Positions 44,959 to 56,903 of a DNA stretch of 64,000 nt are shown one piece after another. How positions within the stretch are numbered: position 1 is the first letter of the stretch; each line of letters opens with the position of its first letter. Below the pieces are notes generated by a model. It was given only the letters and a program-made list of their open reading frames with translations, was not told the origin of the DNA and made no database searches. The translations under genes and the position numbers were made by a program. The DNA is from Microthyrium microscopicum (lineage: Eukaryota). The stretch lies in assembly GCA_010405405.1 (NCBI GenBank), contig MU004232.1:329481-393480 (forward strand). Reading direction: 5' to 3'.

Positions 44959-46257
44959 ATGCCAAACATGGCGGAACAAGTCGGTAACAAATCGCCCAAA
45001 ACTGGCGGTACACCTCCACACAATGTTGTAAGAGACTTGCAATGCAACGAACCAAGCCGGGCAAGAGACATACGAGGCATATTGCCGCGAGATAGCACTA
45101 CGGTCAAAGTCGAGGACAAGCTGATGTTCCATCGTCCTGTACCCAAAGAGCAGAGCTTTGTGCCATCAGCCCCCAAGAAAGGCAAGATCTCTGACGAAGA
45201 GATCGCACTTGCCGAAAGGTTCGAGCGCAAATATGCATATTACAAAGCTCGATATACTGAGATGCAGCAGCGGCCCTCTCTTTTCTCGGCCAAGGACCAC
45301 GAAAGACTGCTAAAAGAGCATAAGAACCTGGCAGCAATGAAGCAAAAGCTTAAGGACGGGCTTGGATCCAGTCAATTGAAGGCCGCTAGACAATGGCTAC
45401 AGAGTAAGGAACGGAATCCTGGATGGGCCAAGAAGGAATGTGAGGAGGCTAAGATGCGTGAAAAGGCTAAGAAAAAGGCTAAGGAAAAGGCTCAGCAAAA
45501 GGCTCAGCAAAAGGTCGAAGCCAAATCCAAGACTGGAGGTTCCCAAGGCAAGAAACGTTCCTTTGATGACATGCTTGATCAGCCTGAGTTACCCATTACG
45601 GCGGAAGCTATTCGAACTTCACTCTGGTCTAGGAACTTCAAGGGGGACTTCAAGAAATATGCCAAGAGTGTGTACAAATCCCGCAAGGCGTCTCCTGGCT
45701 ACGCCAATTATGGTGGACAAGATGACTTCCGTCGATACGTCCTTATTCGGCATGGCTTTACAAACACTTTCGATATCCCCAATATTTACCAGGGACAGTT
45801 GCCGGAAGGAGCGACTGGCAAACACACTGAGCCAGTGTATCCGACCGCAAAGCGAGTAAAACTACACGGAGGATTGGGACCACGAAACGCCTGGAAGTAT
45901 CAACAAGGTGCCAAGGGGCTCAAGCAATTCCAAAACGCCATCGACTTTCAAGCGAAGTTAGGCTGGGGCGACATATATGTGCCAAATCACTATGGTGAGC
46001 CCAAAAAAATGAGCTGGCGTGATAAACTCCCAGGTCCAGATATAAGCTCAAAATATCGCACTTATATCCCGCGACCAACTCAAATGAAGACCATAACAAG
46101 TGCAGCGGATCTTCACTTAGCTCCAGTGCCAATAGAAGCCCAAGAAGCGGGAAGCCATCGCTCAAGATGGGATTGGATGTTGGGCAAAATCAACTGGGCT
46201 GCCCCTGGCTCTGTGTGGAATATAGGACTTTTTGCTCCTCATACGTGGACAGGATAG
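44959..46257 (+). CDS. Lys-rich hypothetical (orphan) protein with coiled-coil segment
   Basis: 432-aa ATG-initiated open frame; KAKKKAKEKAQQKAQQK repeat; no recognised domain. Confidence 0.7.
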   Translation: MPNMAEQVGNKSPKTGGTPPHNVVRDLQCNEPSRARDIRGILPRDSTTVKVEDKLMFHRPVPKEQSFVPSAPKKGKISDEEIALAERFERKYAYYKARYTEMQQRPSLFSAKDHERLLKEHKNLAAMKQKLKDGLGSSQLKAARQWLQSKERNPGWAKKECEEAKMREKAKKKAKEKAQQKAQQKVEAKSKTGGSQGKKRSFDDMLDQPELPITAEAIRTSLWSRNFKGDFKKYAKSVYKSRKASPGYANYGGQDDFRRYVLIRHGFTNTFDIPNIYQGQLPEGATGKHTEPVYPTAKRVKLHGGLGPRNAWKYQQGAKGLKQFQNAIDFQAKLGWGDIYVPNHYGEPKKMSWRDKLPGPDISSKYRTYIPRPTQMKTITSAADLHLAPVPIEAQEAGSHRSRWDWMLGKINWAAPGSVWNIGLFAPHTWTG

Positions 46258-47696
46258 GTAATTCTCACCGGCGCAGTTGATGATGTTCATGGGTGGCTTT
46301 TCTAGCGAGATGCTGTTCTTCTACTGACATATACTTTGCGTATGTATATATTGATTGTTTTCATTATTAGGAAAGCATGGTCATGAGACCTCGATCGCTA
46401 TTCCATTATTCGTCGCAATTCAAAGCTGCCTTGGCTCCAAATCAACGTGGGCATTGTCGCATGGGCTGGACGTTCATTATCTAAGAATGATTTCATAGCT
46501 ACAAAGAGACTGCGGCCGGTTTTCATATCGTTTGTATCCGTACACTTATGGTATGTACAAACGTCCTGTATAGATCAATACAAATATGCAGACTACTTCG
46601 TCCACACAGAGAAATTCTATAGAACGTTTAACACCTTTGTGATTCTGTATATATTACTTTCAGACCTCGGGTAGCTTCTCGTCCCTTCTGAGGCAATGCG
46701 AGAAATCGAGCGAAGTAGGATTCTCGAATTACACCTCGAACTTTGTGCGCCATACCCAAATGAGGAATAAGTCACTCTGCGAGCAGTGACTTAACCACCT
46801 CAACCGACTTAGGTTCAGCCCACCTAAACAACGCAAAGGCAATAGCAACTGGTCACTCTGTTGCTATGGGATATCAGACTCGTTCAACTTAAAACTCTGC
46901 CATTCTTCTCTCGTCCCCAAATTCCAATCTTCCTCTTCTCCACACCTTCTTCCCACAACATTGCCCCAAAACCAACCACATCATATCAATACTGTCTCCA
47001 GTTGACACTGCCCTTCAACTCTTCTTCCCAAAAACATTGCTCTCGAGAATTAGAACAATACTACAAGAGCTCTCCAAGTAAGTAACATTTTCGACGCCCT
47101 CCGTTCTAATTCCGCCGCGATTCAGCTGACTTGACCAGACCACCTCTACAACACCGCCCACAATATTCCCCGTCGCCAGTCCACTTCTCTTGGAACTTAG
47201 ATTTGCAAGGCCTTATAATTTCTTCTCATCCTATATCCCCCACTTCGCTTCGCTCTCCAACATCTGGCCCAGAAGACAGCCGCGGCACTTAATCAGCTTA
47301 AATATCAACATCCCAACAGCTTCAAAAGTAAGCCGTCCGCGCGCCAACAGATCATCTTCGCTCCAGCTAGCTGTCACGAAGGCACCATCTTAACTTTCGC
47401 TCTACCTGATCTTCCACACTTCGATAGTGAACATGCCTAAGACAAGCCCCTCTTCTCGCGAGCCGGAGTACCCATCGACTCGAGTTGGAGTTCAAGAGTC
47501 TTAGCAAGACCCTGAACCCAGCAACGACGTCGCTCCGCCCGCCAATAACCAAAGCCTTGAATCAGAAGCTGTCCTTGAGCCCAGCGGCAACGTCACTTTG
47601 ACCGCTAAGAATCAGAAGGCCAGACCAAAAGATGAGAAAGGGACACCCAGCAAACCATCTGAGACTGGGTCAATCAAGCAATTGAAGACCAAACGT

Positions 47697-50258
47697 ATGC
47701 GTCGAGAGGGTTATTGGAAGGCGGTACATCGTCTCAAAGGGTGTCCTCGCTATTGGGTACAAGCCAGTCAGGAACAGCTGAATTTCTTGGAACTTGCGAA
47801 GGAAGATCGTGACGCAGCATATGAAGCCCGTCATCAATCAAACACAAATCGTGGATTGCCTAAGTACTGCCCGGATGACGCTGCTCGTCTAGAGGCGAAG
47901 GCGAAGGAGAGAAAGGGTCGTGAGAAGTCAATGGAGGTACTGTTGAAGCCACTTTCTTTAGGCTGCTCGCCCGATTCGAAATCGGATTCGATATGGTCGG
48001 ACTACTTTAAGGAGGCATTCGAATACAATGCTTGGGCGGTTCTGGGTGATTGCATTGATGATCCCACCATACTGCCCAACTTCTGCAAGCTTCGACGATC
48101 ATATGGACGCAGCCATTTCGTACATGAGAACTACTTCGAGCAGGACCTTCAGAGCTCCATGTCCCTGCCGTACTACTCGACTCCGGAGCAAAAGCCCCCG
48201 ACGCCACTTCCAACCGGTCAAAAAGGACAGTGGGACTATAGATCTCTAGGAGACGCACAGTCATGGGCTGTAACAGATCATGCCTTCCAGGGCGATATAA
48301 TTCACGGCAAGGCGTGGAATCATAGAGTTCAAGAATTGCATCGAATTACCGATGCAAACCTGGAGCACATAAATCCAGGATTCAGATTCCACGTCCGTCG
48401 GCCATCAAAACTCCAGATATCTCAGTCCAGCGGCGGTCCAAAACACTATCCTGATTGGTGGAAGAATCTTGAACGCGATTTACATTGGCAGGAGCTGGAT
48501 GATGACTGGGAGCTTTCTCCAGAAGACACGGATTACGTGATCTCCGGCAACGAGACACTCACTCAGGAAGAGGCACCGGACGACGTTTCTTTCGGATCGT
48601 TCCTTCCGAGCTCGCCACTCGCAGGTGAAATTGACTCATCTGAGATTCCAGATCTTGTGGTTGAGCGACCAGTCAATCCCACTCCACATACCGCCCGCTA
48701 TGGGAATTTCGAGCAGGAAACCAATGTTAAGCCGTTGGAACTCCGAACTAGTTACCCAAGCTCACCTTCAATCTTCTTGGATGAAGACGATGATGAGGAG
48801 GAAGCTGTTAAGGCAATTCGGAAGTCGAAGCCCTTCCAGGAAATGGTCAGCTCTGTCCATTACGGGAATCATGATTCCCTATCAGTAGACGTCCACGTCA
48901 GTCCATCGCCTGCTCGCGCTGCTGAGGTCGAGTTGCATGACGGACGCACACCCTCGTTGACGGATAGCGACACTGATGAGCCTTCGGTCGTTTCTTACGA
49001 TGATTCGGAAGTAGACAACGCTATCCTGATTTCAGAGGAAGGCGCAAGAGAAAATTGCGAAAGTGAGGCAGCATTCGAAGCCTACGATGATTTGGAAGAA
49101 AACTCCGACGAGGAGTGGGAGAGAATCTATGATGATGACCCTCCTCAGAAGAACGACGCCATCGAACACATCAGCGATAGAATCCCAGTTGAGACCTCAG
49201 AAGAGAGCAACAACGATCCAATCAATCAGGACATACTCGAAAAGGTATCAATCGTTAAGGAATCCTATTTTGCACTTCTCACCAGCAATGAACATCTGGA
49301 AGAGCAAAATTTGGTTGCGCAGAACCAATGTACGAATTTGAGTCAGGCGCTACAGATGGCCCAAGAAGCTGAAGCTCTTTCTTTGGCAGCGAAAAAGAAG
49401 AGCGAATGGGCTAGCTTCGAGTTGACAGTCGATGTGGAAGAGGCTAAAGCGAAAACCAAAAAAGTTGAGCTCCAATTAAAGGAGACTCAAACAAAGCTTG
49501 GTGAAGCCCAGGAAACTATCACTCGGCAAGCAAAGACATTAGAGGAGGCTACAAAGTCCAAGAAGCAGGGAGCTGATTTGGCCATCTGTCTCCTGCCAGC
49601 AGAACTCTTTCCCCTCCCGGAATTGACTCTGGAAGAAGTTGTCCACTTCAAGCCGGATAACTTCCAAATGCATTGTCGAAAAGCTTCCTTCTCAAGCATG
49701 GACTCTTCCGAGACCTTGTCGTACAATGCTCAGGAAATTGACGGTGAGGATGTCTTGCCTCAGGACGGCAAGGCTCGAGAGATGATTGCCATTATGGAAG
49801 AGAAGATGACAAAGACTAAAGGCGCACTTGAGCGTGCGGAGGCGAAACTGAAGAAGCGGGAGTTCGAGGACTCCATGCTAATACTGGCAATATCGACTCC
49901 CCTTCCAAAATCTCGCGTCAAGCGTACCCTCTGGCAAAACCGTTCCCCAGCTCCTACTCTGGAGGGCCTCGTTCCCAAACTCATCGCTCTTCATGACCTC
50001 AAGGGTCTGAAAGGAAGCAAACTACTTAAACAATGGACCTCCGAAATGCAAGAGGAACTGGTGAAGAAGATTGAGCACCAGGAACTGTTGAAGAAGGAAG
50101 TCGAAGATGTCATGTGGTACCACCTGGCATCCGTTACCAAGCTTCCTTCCGAAGATGAAGAAGAGAAGGCCTCGTTGATCGAGCCTGCTTCGCTAGGCGT
50201 CAAGATCCTGCGTTCGGCAGGAGGCTTCTTGAAGAAGCTCTGGGATAATCGATTCTGA
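47697..50258 (+). CDS. Large acidic, coiled-coil hypothetical (orphan) protein
   Basis: Open frame of more than 2.5 kb, first ATG at 47697; D/E-rich middle and heptad-like C-terminal region; possible 5' introns (GTAAGT about 47078, GTAAGC about 47328). Confidence 0.75.
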   Translation: MRREGYWKAVHRLKGCPRYWVQASQEQLNFLELAKEDRDAAYEARHQSNTNRGLPKYCPDDAARLEAKAKERKGREKSMEVLLKPLSLGCSPDSKSDSIWSDYFKEAFEYNAWAVLGDCIDDPTILPNFCKLRRSYGRSHFVHENYFEQDLQSSMSLPYYSTPEQKPPTPLPTGQKGQWDYRSLGDAQSWAVTDHAFQGDIIHGKAWNHRVQELHRITDANLEHINPGFRFHVRRPSKLQISQSSGGPKHYPDWWKNLERDLHWQELDDDWELSPEDTDYVISGNETLTQEEAPDDVSFGSFLPSSPLAGEIDSSEIPDLVVERPVNPTPHTARYGNFEQETNVKPLELRTSYPSSPSIFLDEDDDEEEAVKAIRKSKPFQEMVSSVHYGNHDSLSVDVHVSPSPARAAEVELHDGRTPSLTDSDTDEPSVVSYDDSEVDNAILISEEGARENCESEAAFEAYDDLEENSDEEWERIYDDDPPQKNDAIEHISDRIPVETSEESNNDPINQDILEKVSIVKESYFALLTSNEHLEEQNLVAQNQCTNLSQALQMAQEAEALSLAAKKKSEWASFELTVDVEEAKAKTKKVELQLKETQTKLGEAQETITRQAKTLEEATKSKKQGADLAICLLPAELFPLPELTLEEVVHFKPDNFQMHCRKASFSSMDSSETLSYNAQEIDGEDVLPQDGKAREMIAIMEEKMTKTKGALERAEAKLKKREFEDSMLILAISTPLPKSRVKRTLWQNRSPAPTLEGLVPKLIALHDLKGLKGSKLLKQWTSEMQEELVKKIEHQELLKKEVEDVMWYHLASVTKLPSEDEEEKASLIEPASLGVKILRSAGGFLKKLWDNRF

Positions 50259-50540
50259 TCCATCAACGAGTCGGACGAGCTATCTACCATCATATCCTTA
50301 TTAGCTTTGATCTCGACCCATAGAGTATCTTTTACCGATTGATTGGCCAGCTACTGTTTACAAAGCAGTAGCCATTACTATCTCACACCCCTTATGGAAT
50401 TCTTTGGTCACCACACCTACATAAGGCAGCGGCAGCGTTATTATCCCCCTTCCGGTTTATATTATATCTCAATACCGACAGAGAAGTCGCCTGTCAATCT
50501 TTTGCTCCCACCGAGCCCCAGTCCCCCATACCTTCAATCC

Positions 50541-50870
50541 TGCCATCGATGTCGTAGATGTCAACATGGGATCTACTCAGACATTGGTCTTGATTGAAGA
50601 AAGCGGCGGCTTGGGGGCAAGTGGGGAGGAACATTCATGTCATCGATGTTGTAGATATCATTGTTCTCAGAACATTGAATCTACCGAGACATCGGTCTTG
50701 AATGAAAGAAGGGTTGGCCAATATGGTAATAGGGAGGTTGGCAGGATACACTCTTGTTATCAGGGTTTTGGCTTGCGAGTCATCGTAAAGGTCGGAATCT
50801 AAGTCTCGAATGCAGAAGGGGATTGAGAATGGTTGGTTATCTGAGGGATTTGAATTTTGTCATCGATGCT
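50541..50870. repeat. Short degenerate tandem duplication (about 100 bp unit, two copies plus a third core)
   Basis: TGCCATCGATGTCGTAGATGTCA (50541) versus TGTCATCGATGTTGTAGATATCA (50638), each followed by ATCTAC..AGACAT.GGTCTTGA.TGAA; core TGTCATCGATG again at 50858. Confidence 0.6.
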
Positions 50871-51133
50871 GGATAAGCTTTGGTCTATGTTTAGAACATA
50901 ATAGAAATATTCGAAGAAATATTGTATTCCATGTTCCGTTCAACAGTCATGACTTTTGCTGCTACATGATGGTGATACTCAATTGCATGAAAATTTATAG
51001 GAAGAGGGTAGCTAATCATTCTGGATGATATATCGAAGCACCTGAGACAAGAGAGTTCAAGGCGGCATTGCAAGTTCATTGCACTATCCGTATGGCTAAA
51101 TAGCAACTACAAAAGAACATCAACGAAAGACAA

Positions 51134-52495
51134 TCAAAGGTCTAAATCGTCCTGTGTGGGCGTGGGAGAAGCCATGAGCCATGCCGCAGTGCCAGGTGGA
51201 GGAGCATCATCGTCCGCCATATCATTATCGGTCGCTGCTTCATTGTCATCCGTTATGTAGCTTTCGTCCACGATATCCTTTAGATCAAGTGTATCCATAC
51301 AATCTTCGTCTTCGTCTTGATCTTCATCTTGACCCTCGTCCGTTTCTCCATTGTCACTTGACCACCCGTTCTCCTCGCTGCTGTTTACAATTTCCAGATC
51401 CATACTGTCCATCGACTGATCTGCCATAGGCGGGTCTTCCTGGAAGAAAACATTAGGTGCGACGGCAGTATCATCCTCAGCCGAAGATGCGTGAGTGTCC
51501 AGCGACTCGTTCAACTCATCATCAAGGCTCTGCAAAAGCTCATTACCAACATCGCCACCTCCCCACGGAGCAACAGTATCCTCATCACCCGCATAAAGAT
51601 GCTGCTCATCAAGATCCATAGCCCCAATCGTATCATCATCATCCTCATCCTCCATCCAAGGCTGCCAAGCGTGATAGTAGTCTGGCTCCATAGTAGCTGG
51701 ATCGTCGTCCACATGCATGACCATCCACATCTTAGTAGGCTGAGCTAGATGTACCCTCTGCAAACACCGTCTCTTATCGTTGAAAGTAATTTTCTGTCGC
51801 CAGTTGAGCCAGCCTTTTTGGTAACGTATTCCATTGGGCTCATAGACTGTCAAGTGCTTCTCTAGTATCTTTACGTTTTCCTCGGTCTGAGGTTCCCGCA
51901 GACCCTTCCAGCCATGGTCGTATTGGTTGACTTTCGGTTCTCCGCGCTTTCTATGTCGAGGAGGATTTACAAGTGGCCAAGCACGGCCAGTGGCTCCATA
52001 GGGTAAAGAACCCGTTCTTGAGCCAGTGGGTAGTAGTTGCCGTTTTCCGGCACGAACACCTATAAACTCGCGTAGCGTATGAGAGTCATTACCACTATCG
52101 GTAACCCAGTTGCCATGGATTTGTTTGGCCAACTTATCAAACGGCTTCCCGATTATGTTCTGGGCCCAATTGGTGACTTGAGCATTGTATAGAGAAGGAT
52201 ATATTTCCCAGGAACCGGTTTTTTCTTCGAGGATGAGCTCGAATGAGGCGTCGTTCTCGGCTTCTCGTTGTCTTCGTTGTGCCCCCAAAGGACAAGGGGT
52301 GCAGGATTGATCCATTTGACGGCTGGATGGAAGGAAGACTGGTGGAAACTTGAACACCACTTTTGGAAATTGGCGACGGATAGTGGGAAACGATGGCTGT
52401 GGTGGCGAGGTTGGCGGAGTTGTAGATACTGAGAGGGGCTTTGTGGCTGCCAACGTCTCCAGTTCGGATGTTTCTTCATACAGCGGTGATGACAT
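51134..52495 (-). CDS. Hypothetical (orphan) protein with very acidic C-terminal third
   Basis: 453-aa ATG-initiated ORF; P/S-rich N-terminus, basic/aromatic core, D/E-rich tail. Confidence 0.75.
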   Translation of the reverse strand: MSSPLYEETSELETLAATKPLSVSTTPPTSPPQPSFPTIRRQFPKVVFKFPPVFLPSSRQMDQSCTPCPLGAQRRQREAENDASFELILEEKTGSWEIYPSLYNAQVTNWAQNIIGKPFDKLAKQIHGNWVTDSGNDSHTLREFIGVRAGKRQLLPTGSRTGSLPYGATGRAWPLVNPPRHRKRGEPKVNQYDHGWKGLREPQTEENVKILEKHLTVYEPNGIRYQKGWLNWRQKITFNDKRRCLQRVHLAQPTKMWMVMHVDDDPATMEPDYYHAWQPWMEDEDDDDTIGAMDLDEQHLYAGDEDTVAPWGGGDVGNELLQSLDDELNESLDTHASSAEDDTAVAPNVFFQEDPPMADQSMDSMDLEIVNSSEENGWSSDNGETDEGQDEDQDEDEDCMDTLDLKDIVDESYITDDNEAATDNDMADDDAPPPGTAAWLMASPTPTQDDLDL

Positions 52496-52983
52496 AGCTG
52501 ATATGGTCAGATTTAAGTTGACCAGGAGTTGCAGTCGCTTACAATTTGATGCGTATTTCTTGCGAGGAGATCAGCCGGGAAAGTGACTATTACAGTGTCA
52601 TGTAACACCGAGCTACTAGCAAAAGGAGTTTTGATATAGACGGTGATGCTTCTTGGTGTACGCTCAGATGGCAGTGAGCAGATTGAGTATAACGCGTGGG
52701 ATGGAATAGTGAAGTGAGGTGGTGAAAGCAGGGATTGGAAGGGACTAGTCTGGCAAATGGATATTGCAGTGCATCCGAAAGTAGAACTTGAAGAAATAGG
52801 AAGCTATAAAATCAAGCCGAGAGCAGATGAAGGTAGATTAAGTGACGACTGACCAGACCAGAGTTGAGGTGACGACTTGCGGTGTTGGGCAGCGGATCTG
52901 GTACACTCACGATAGTGGGAAAAACTGAACATTGGTTGGCGGGCGCTGGAGTACCAAAGAATCCATACTTTGATTATGCTAGG

Positions 52984-53953
52984 TCAAGCTTGCGGCTGGA
53001 GATATTGAGAAACAGCCTTCACTGCTTCCTCAAATTTACTTCTCTCGATCAGAATCAGGTGCCCTTGTGGAACTATTCCCAGATCGTTGAACGTTCGCTT
53101 CGAGTCCGGTCGGCCCTCATCCGGAACACTAGTATAATCAAAATTGCCGTATGCCATGGCATACTTGTGAAGAGTCTCATCTTCCGGGTGGAAGTAGAAA
53201 GTATTGTCTCCCACCGCCTTGGACTTCTTCATTTTCTTTGAGGATCGAGTCTCCTCAGCATCCAATTTTGATTCCACCTCTTTATAAGTCTTGGAAAGAA
53301 TCAGATAATGAGAGAATGTGTACGGCTCGTTGTCTTGATTTGCCCACTCAACTTCTTCCATGAGCATGTTGTACATTGGTGGTACGATTTCGGCCGGCAT
53401 GTTGATCAAGCGCTCTGTCAAAATCAACCCTACTTCATGTCGGCTCGATGAACCTGTTGAATCGAGCAGACCTGACATGTTTGGAACTTTTGATGCTTTG
53501 CTGGACAAATATTTGATTATTGTCTGTATGATAGGCTTATCCTGTTATTCTGTTAGATATATGTTAAATATCGAATTGTGATACAATACCCGATGCTGAT
53601 GTAGATTTAAAACCGTGAGGAACGCGAATGGGTCCGATTCATTTCCGTCACATTTGACCGTTGAACCTAGTGTGGGTTGTGATAGAATTAGATCTACTAG
53701 TGCGGATAGATCGAATAGTTGTGCGTCTAGATCAAAGAGCTGTCGGCACAAGCTCTTCAGGCCGTGAAAGTCGACATCTGGCTGCGGATCAAAGAACTCG
53801 AAGTCAACGTCTAGCATGTCCATATCCTTAATCCAGTCAATATATTGTTGATGCATGGCTTGAATAACTTACATCGTCACTGCTCTCATCTTCCTCTCCT
53901 CTTCCCTTGCTCGTAGCCACCTCACCAAGCTCTTCGGGTTTGCGTTTGACCAT
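52984..53953 (-). CDS. BCP1: Bcp1/BCCIP (Mss4 export, Rpl23 chaperone), 3 exons
   Basis: [52 protein letters not shown]; introns near 53872-53826 and 53589-53542. Confidence 0.95.
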
Positions 53954-54498
53954 GTCTATTACGAATTTTGACTCTTAATGGGGTTTAGTCTAAGATCGCT
54001 GAAGAGAAAGTCAAGATTCAAAATTTCGGCGCACGAAGTTTGGTTGAAGTTAGAAGATTTGAGAATCTTATCTTGGTTAGCATCGACCCATCTTATCTTA
54101 TCAAGATCCCAAGATCGAGATCTTCAGCCTTGTTCTGCACTTTTACTGCGATTTCCAGTCGACAGGACAGAGCTACAAATTGTTAAGAAAAATAAAATGT
54201 TCAGAATATACTGTCCCCATGAACGATATGCTATATCGATAAGGACATTTGATCAATTGCAATGATATCGGCCATACTTTGAAAGATCTAGAACTCACAG
54301 CCCCACTAAATTCCCCCACTGTAAAATCGCGTCACGAAAGCGCGTGTAGATGCCGAAAGAAATTCTTGCTCTATCAATCCTGACTCATTTTTCCTCCCTA
54401 CTAATCTACATATAACAAAGTATTTCTGCTCTCTCCTCTCTCTTTGCTGTGGGTAGCCACCCCCAATCCAACTTTCTTACAAGCCCGAACACTTCAGA

Positions 54499-56258
54499 AT
54501 GGCGCTCGCTGAAGAGCCACACAAAACGTTCGACACGATCCTCGTGTTGGACTTTGGCTCCCAATACTCCCACCTAATCACGCGCCGCCTCCGCGAACTC
54601 AATGTCTATTCAGAAATGCTACCATGCACCCAAAAGCTCGCCGATCTAAGCTGGTCTCCCAAAGGCATCATCCTGTCCGGTGGCCCCTATTCTGTGTACG
54701 AAGAAGGCGCGCCACACGTTGATCCAGCCGTGTTTGACGCCGGAGTGCCAATTCTGGGAATTTGCTATGGTTTGCAAGAGATGGCATATCACTTTGACAA
54801 CACCAATGTTTTAGCGGGTGAGAAGCGCGAGTATGGCCCAGCTACTGTAAATGTGGAGAGACTGGCCGATAAGAAAGACCATGTGAATGATCTGTTTCGT
54901 GGCCTGGATGATGCGTTAAATGTATGGATGTCGCATGGTGATAAGCTTTCGCATTCGCCGGCGTCGTTTGTAACTATTGCGAAAACTCCGAATGCGCCTT
55001 TTGCGGGCATTGCGCATGAGGAGAAGCCTTATTTTGGAATTCAGTTTCATCCAGAGGTACGTTCAATCCACATCATACCCATAACATTACAATTGCAATC
55101 GTATACTCCTTGATCACTACATTGAAAGATGCTAAAATGTTTTCAGGTCACTCACACGCCCAAAGGAAAGCAAGTTCTTGAAAACTTTGCAATCAGGATT
55201 TGCAAAGCACGTCAAGACTGGACAATGGGCAAATTCGTCGATCAAGAAATCGCTCGCATTCGAGCCCTCGTTGGCGACAAAGGCCAGGTCATTGGAGCTA
55301 TCAGTGGCGGAGTTGACTCTACAGTCGCCGCTAAACTCATGAAGGAAGCTATTGGTGATCGATTTCATGCAGTTCTAGTCGACAATGGCCTTCTCCGACT
55401 CAACGAAGCTGCGCAAGTAAAAAAGACACTCGGCGATCATCTTGGAATCAACCTCACTGTGATCGATGCGGGCGACCTATTCCTTAGCAGATTGGCAGGT
55501 GTCAAGGATGATCCCGAGAAGAAACGCAAGATCATTGGAAACACCTTCATTGACGTATTCTTGGAGAAAGCGAAGCAGATAGAGAAAGAGGCGCACAATA
55601 CTCCTCAAGCTGGTGAGATTGAATGGCTCCTGCAAGGCACGCTATATCCAGATGTCATTGAGAGCATATCATTCAAAGGACCAAGCGCGACCATCAAAAC
55701 ACATCACAATGTTGGTGGCCTCCCAGCTAAGATGGACCTGAAACTGATCGAGCCGCTCCGAGAACTGTTCAAAGACGAGGTCCGGGAACTTGGAACCAAG
55801 CTAGGTATTTCTGAAGAACTAGTGTGGAGACATCCGTTCCCCGGCCCAGGACTCGGCATCCGAATCCTCGGTGAGGTCACCAAGGAACAGGTGCAGATTC
55901 TACAGAAGGCAGATCAAATCTACATCGAGGAAATCAGAGCCGCTGGTCTATACCGAGAAATTGGTCAAGCTCTTGCCGCATTGGACCCTACCAAATCAGT
56001 TGGAGTGATGGGCGACAAGAGAATGTATGGACAGATTGTCTTCCTGCGAGCAGTTGAGACATCCGACTTCATGACGGCGGACTGGTACAATTTTGATTTC
56101 CAATTCCTCAAGAGAGTGAGCTCCAGAATTGTTAACGAAGTTGACGGTGTTTCCAGAGTCCTTTATGATAGTAAGTCCTTTCCTCATCCATATAGCATAC
56201 TCCTGTTAACAGATTCCCAGTCACGAGTAAACCACCAGGAACTATAGAGTTCGAATAG
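54499..56258 (+). CDS. GUA1: GMP synthase (glutamine-hydrolysing), 3 exons
   Basis: [47 protein letters not shown], terminal KPPGTIEFE; introns near 55057-55147 and 56171-56220. Confidence 0.98.
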
Positions 56259-56903
56259 ACGACTCGTCACCATACCATTCATGATAGATACCCAATAAAT
56301 ATAGATTTCTTTTCAGTTTATTGTCTAGACATTACCAGAAAGCACCACTCTAGGCAGCCTTTTCCATGGGAAAGGCTGTTTTGCAAGAGACTTCGCGATA
56401 CTTGTGGTTCTTGCAGATATTGGTGAACTTCATGTAAGACTTCGTTCCCTATAAAGATCGTTGACGTCTTACATATAATCCTAGTTCGGACAGCTCCTTC
56501 CCCGCGATCCTTCTGAAGCTACTGGAACTATTCTTTCAGGCCTAAATTACGATATATAGCAGGGCAAGTCACCACGGCCCAAAGGACGGTGCTAGGGCAG
56601 CCCACTCGTCTGGTTGGGGCTGTCTGTACCTATTGACTCCCCCTACTATTTATGACTACTTGTCTGACGTCTGCCTTTAAAGCAATATATCTGCCTTCAA
56701 CTTCGTACGGCAGACATCCAATGACGCCAAGTCGTTCCATGCCTCCTCCCAGGCCTCCGACGCTTGCCACCGTCGAGAAAGAATAGACCTACCCCAGGTC
56801 CGCTGAACTGTTGCAGGAATATAACGTCTTCCACCAACTCCAATTACGGAGCAGATCTTTTCACAGTAGAATAACTCGAATGCAATGACTCGGAAGACTC
56901 AGA

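Noticed and set aside
54060..54110. CTTATC/GATA clusters (also near 22875 and 62340) as specific nitrogen or iron regulation
   Set aside because: Short motifs seen at several unrelated housekeeping promoters; no specific function can be assigned.
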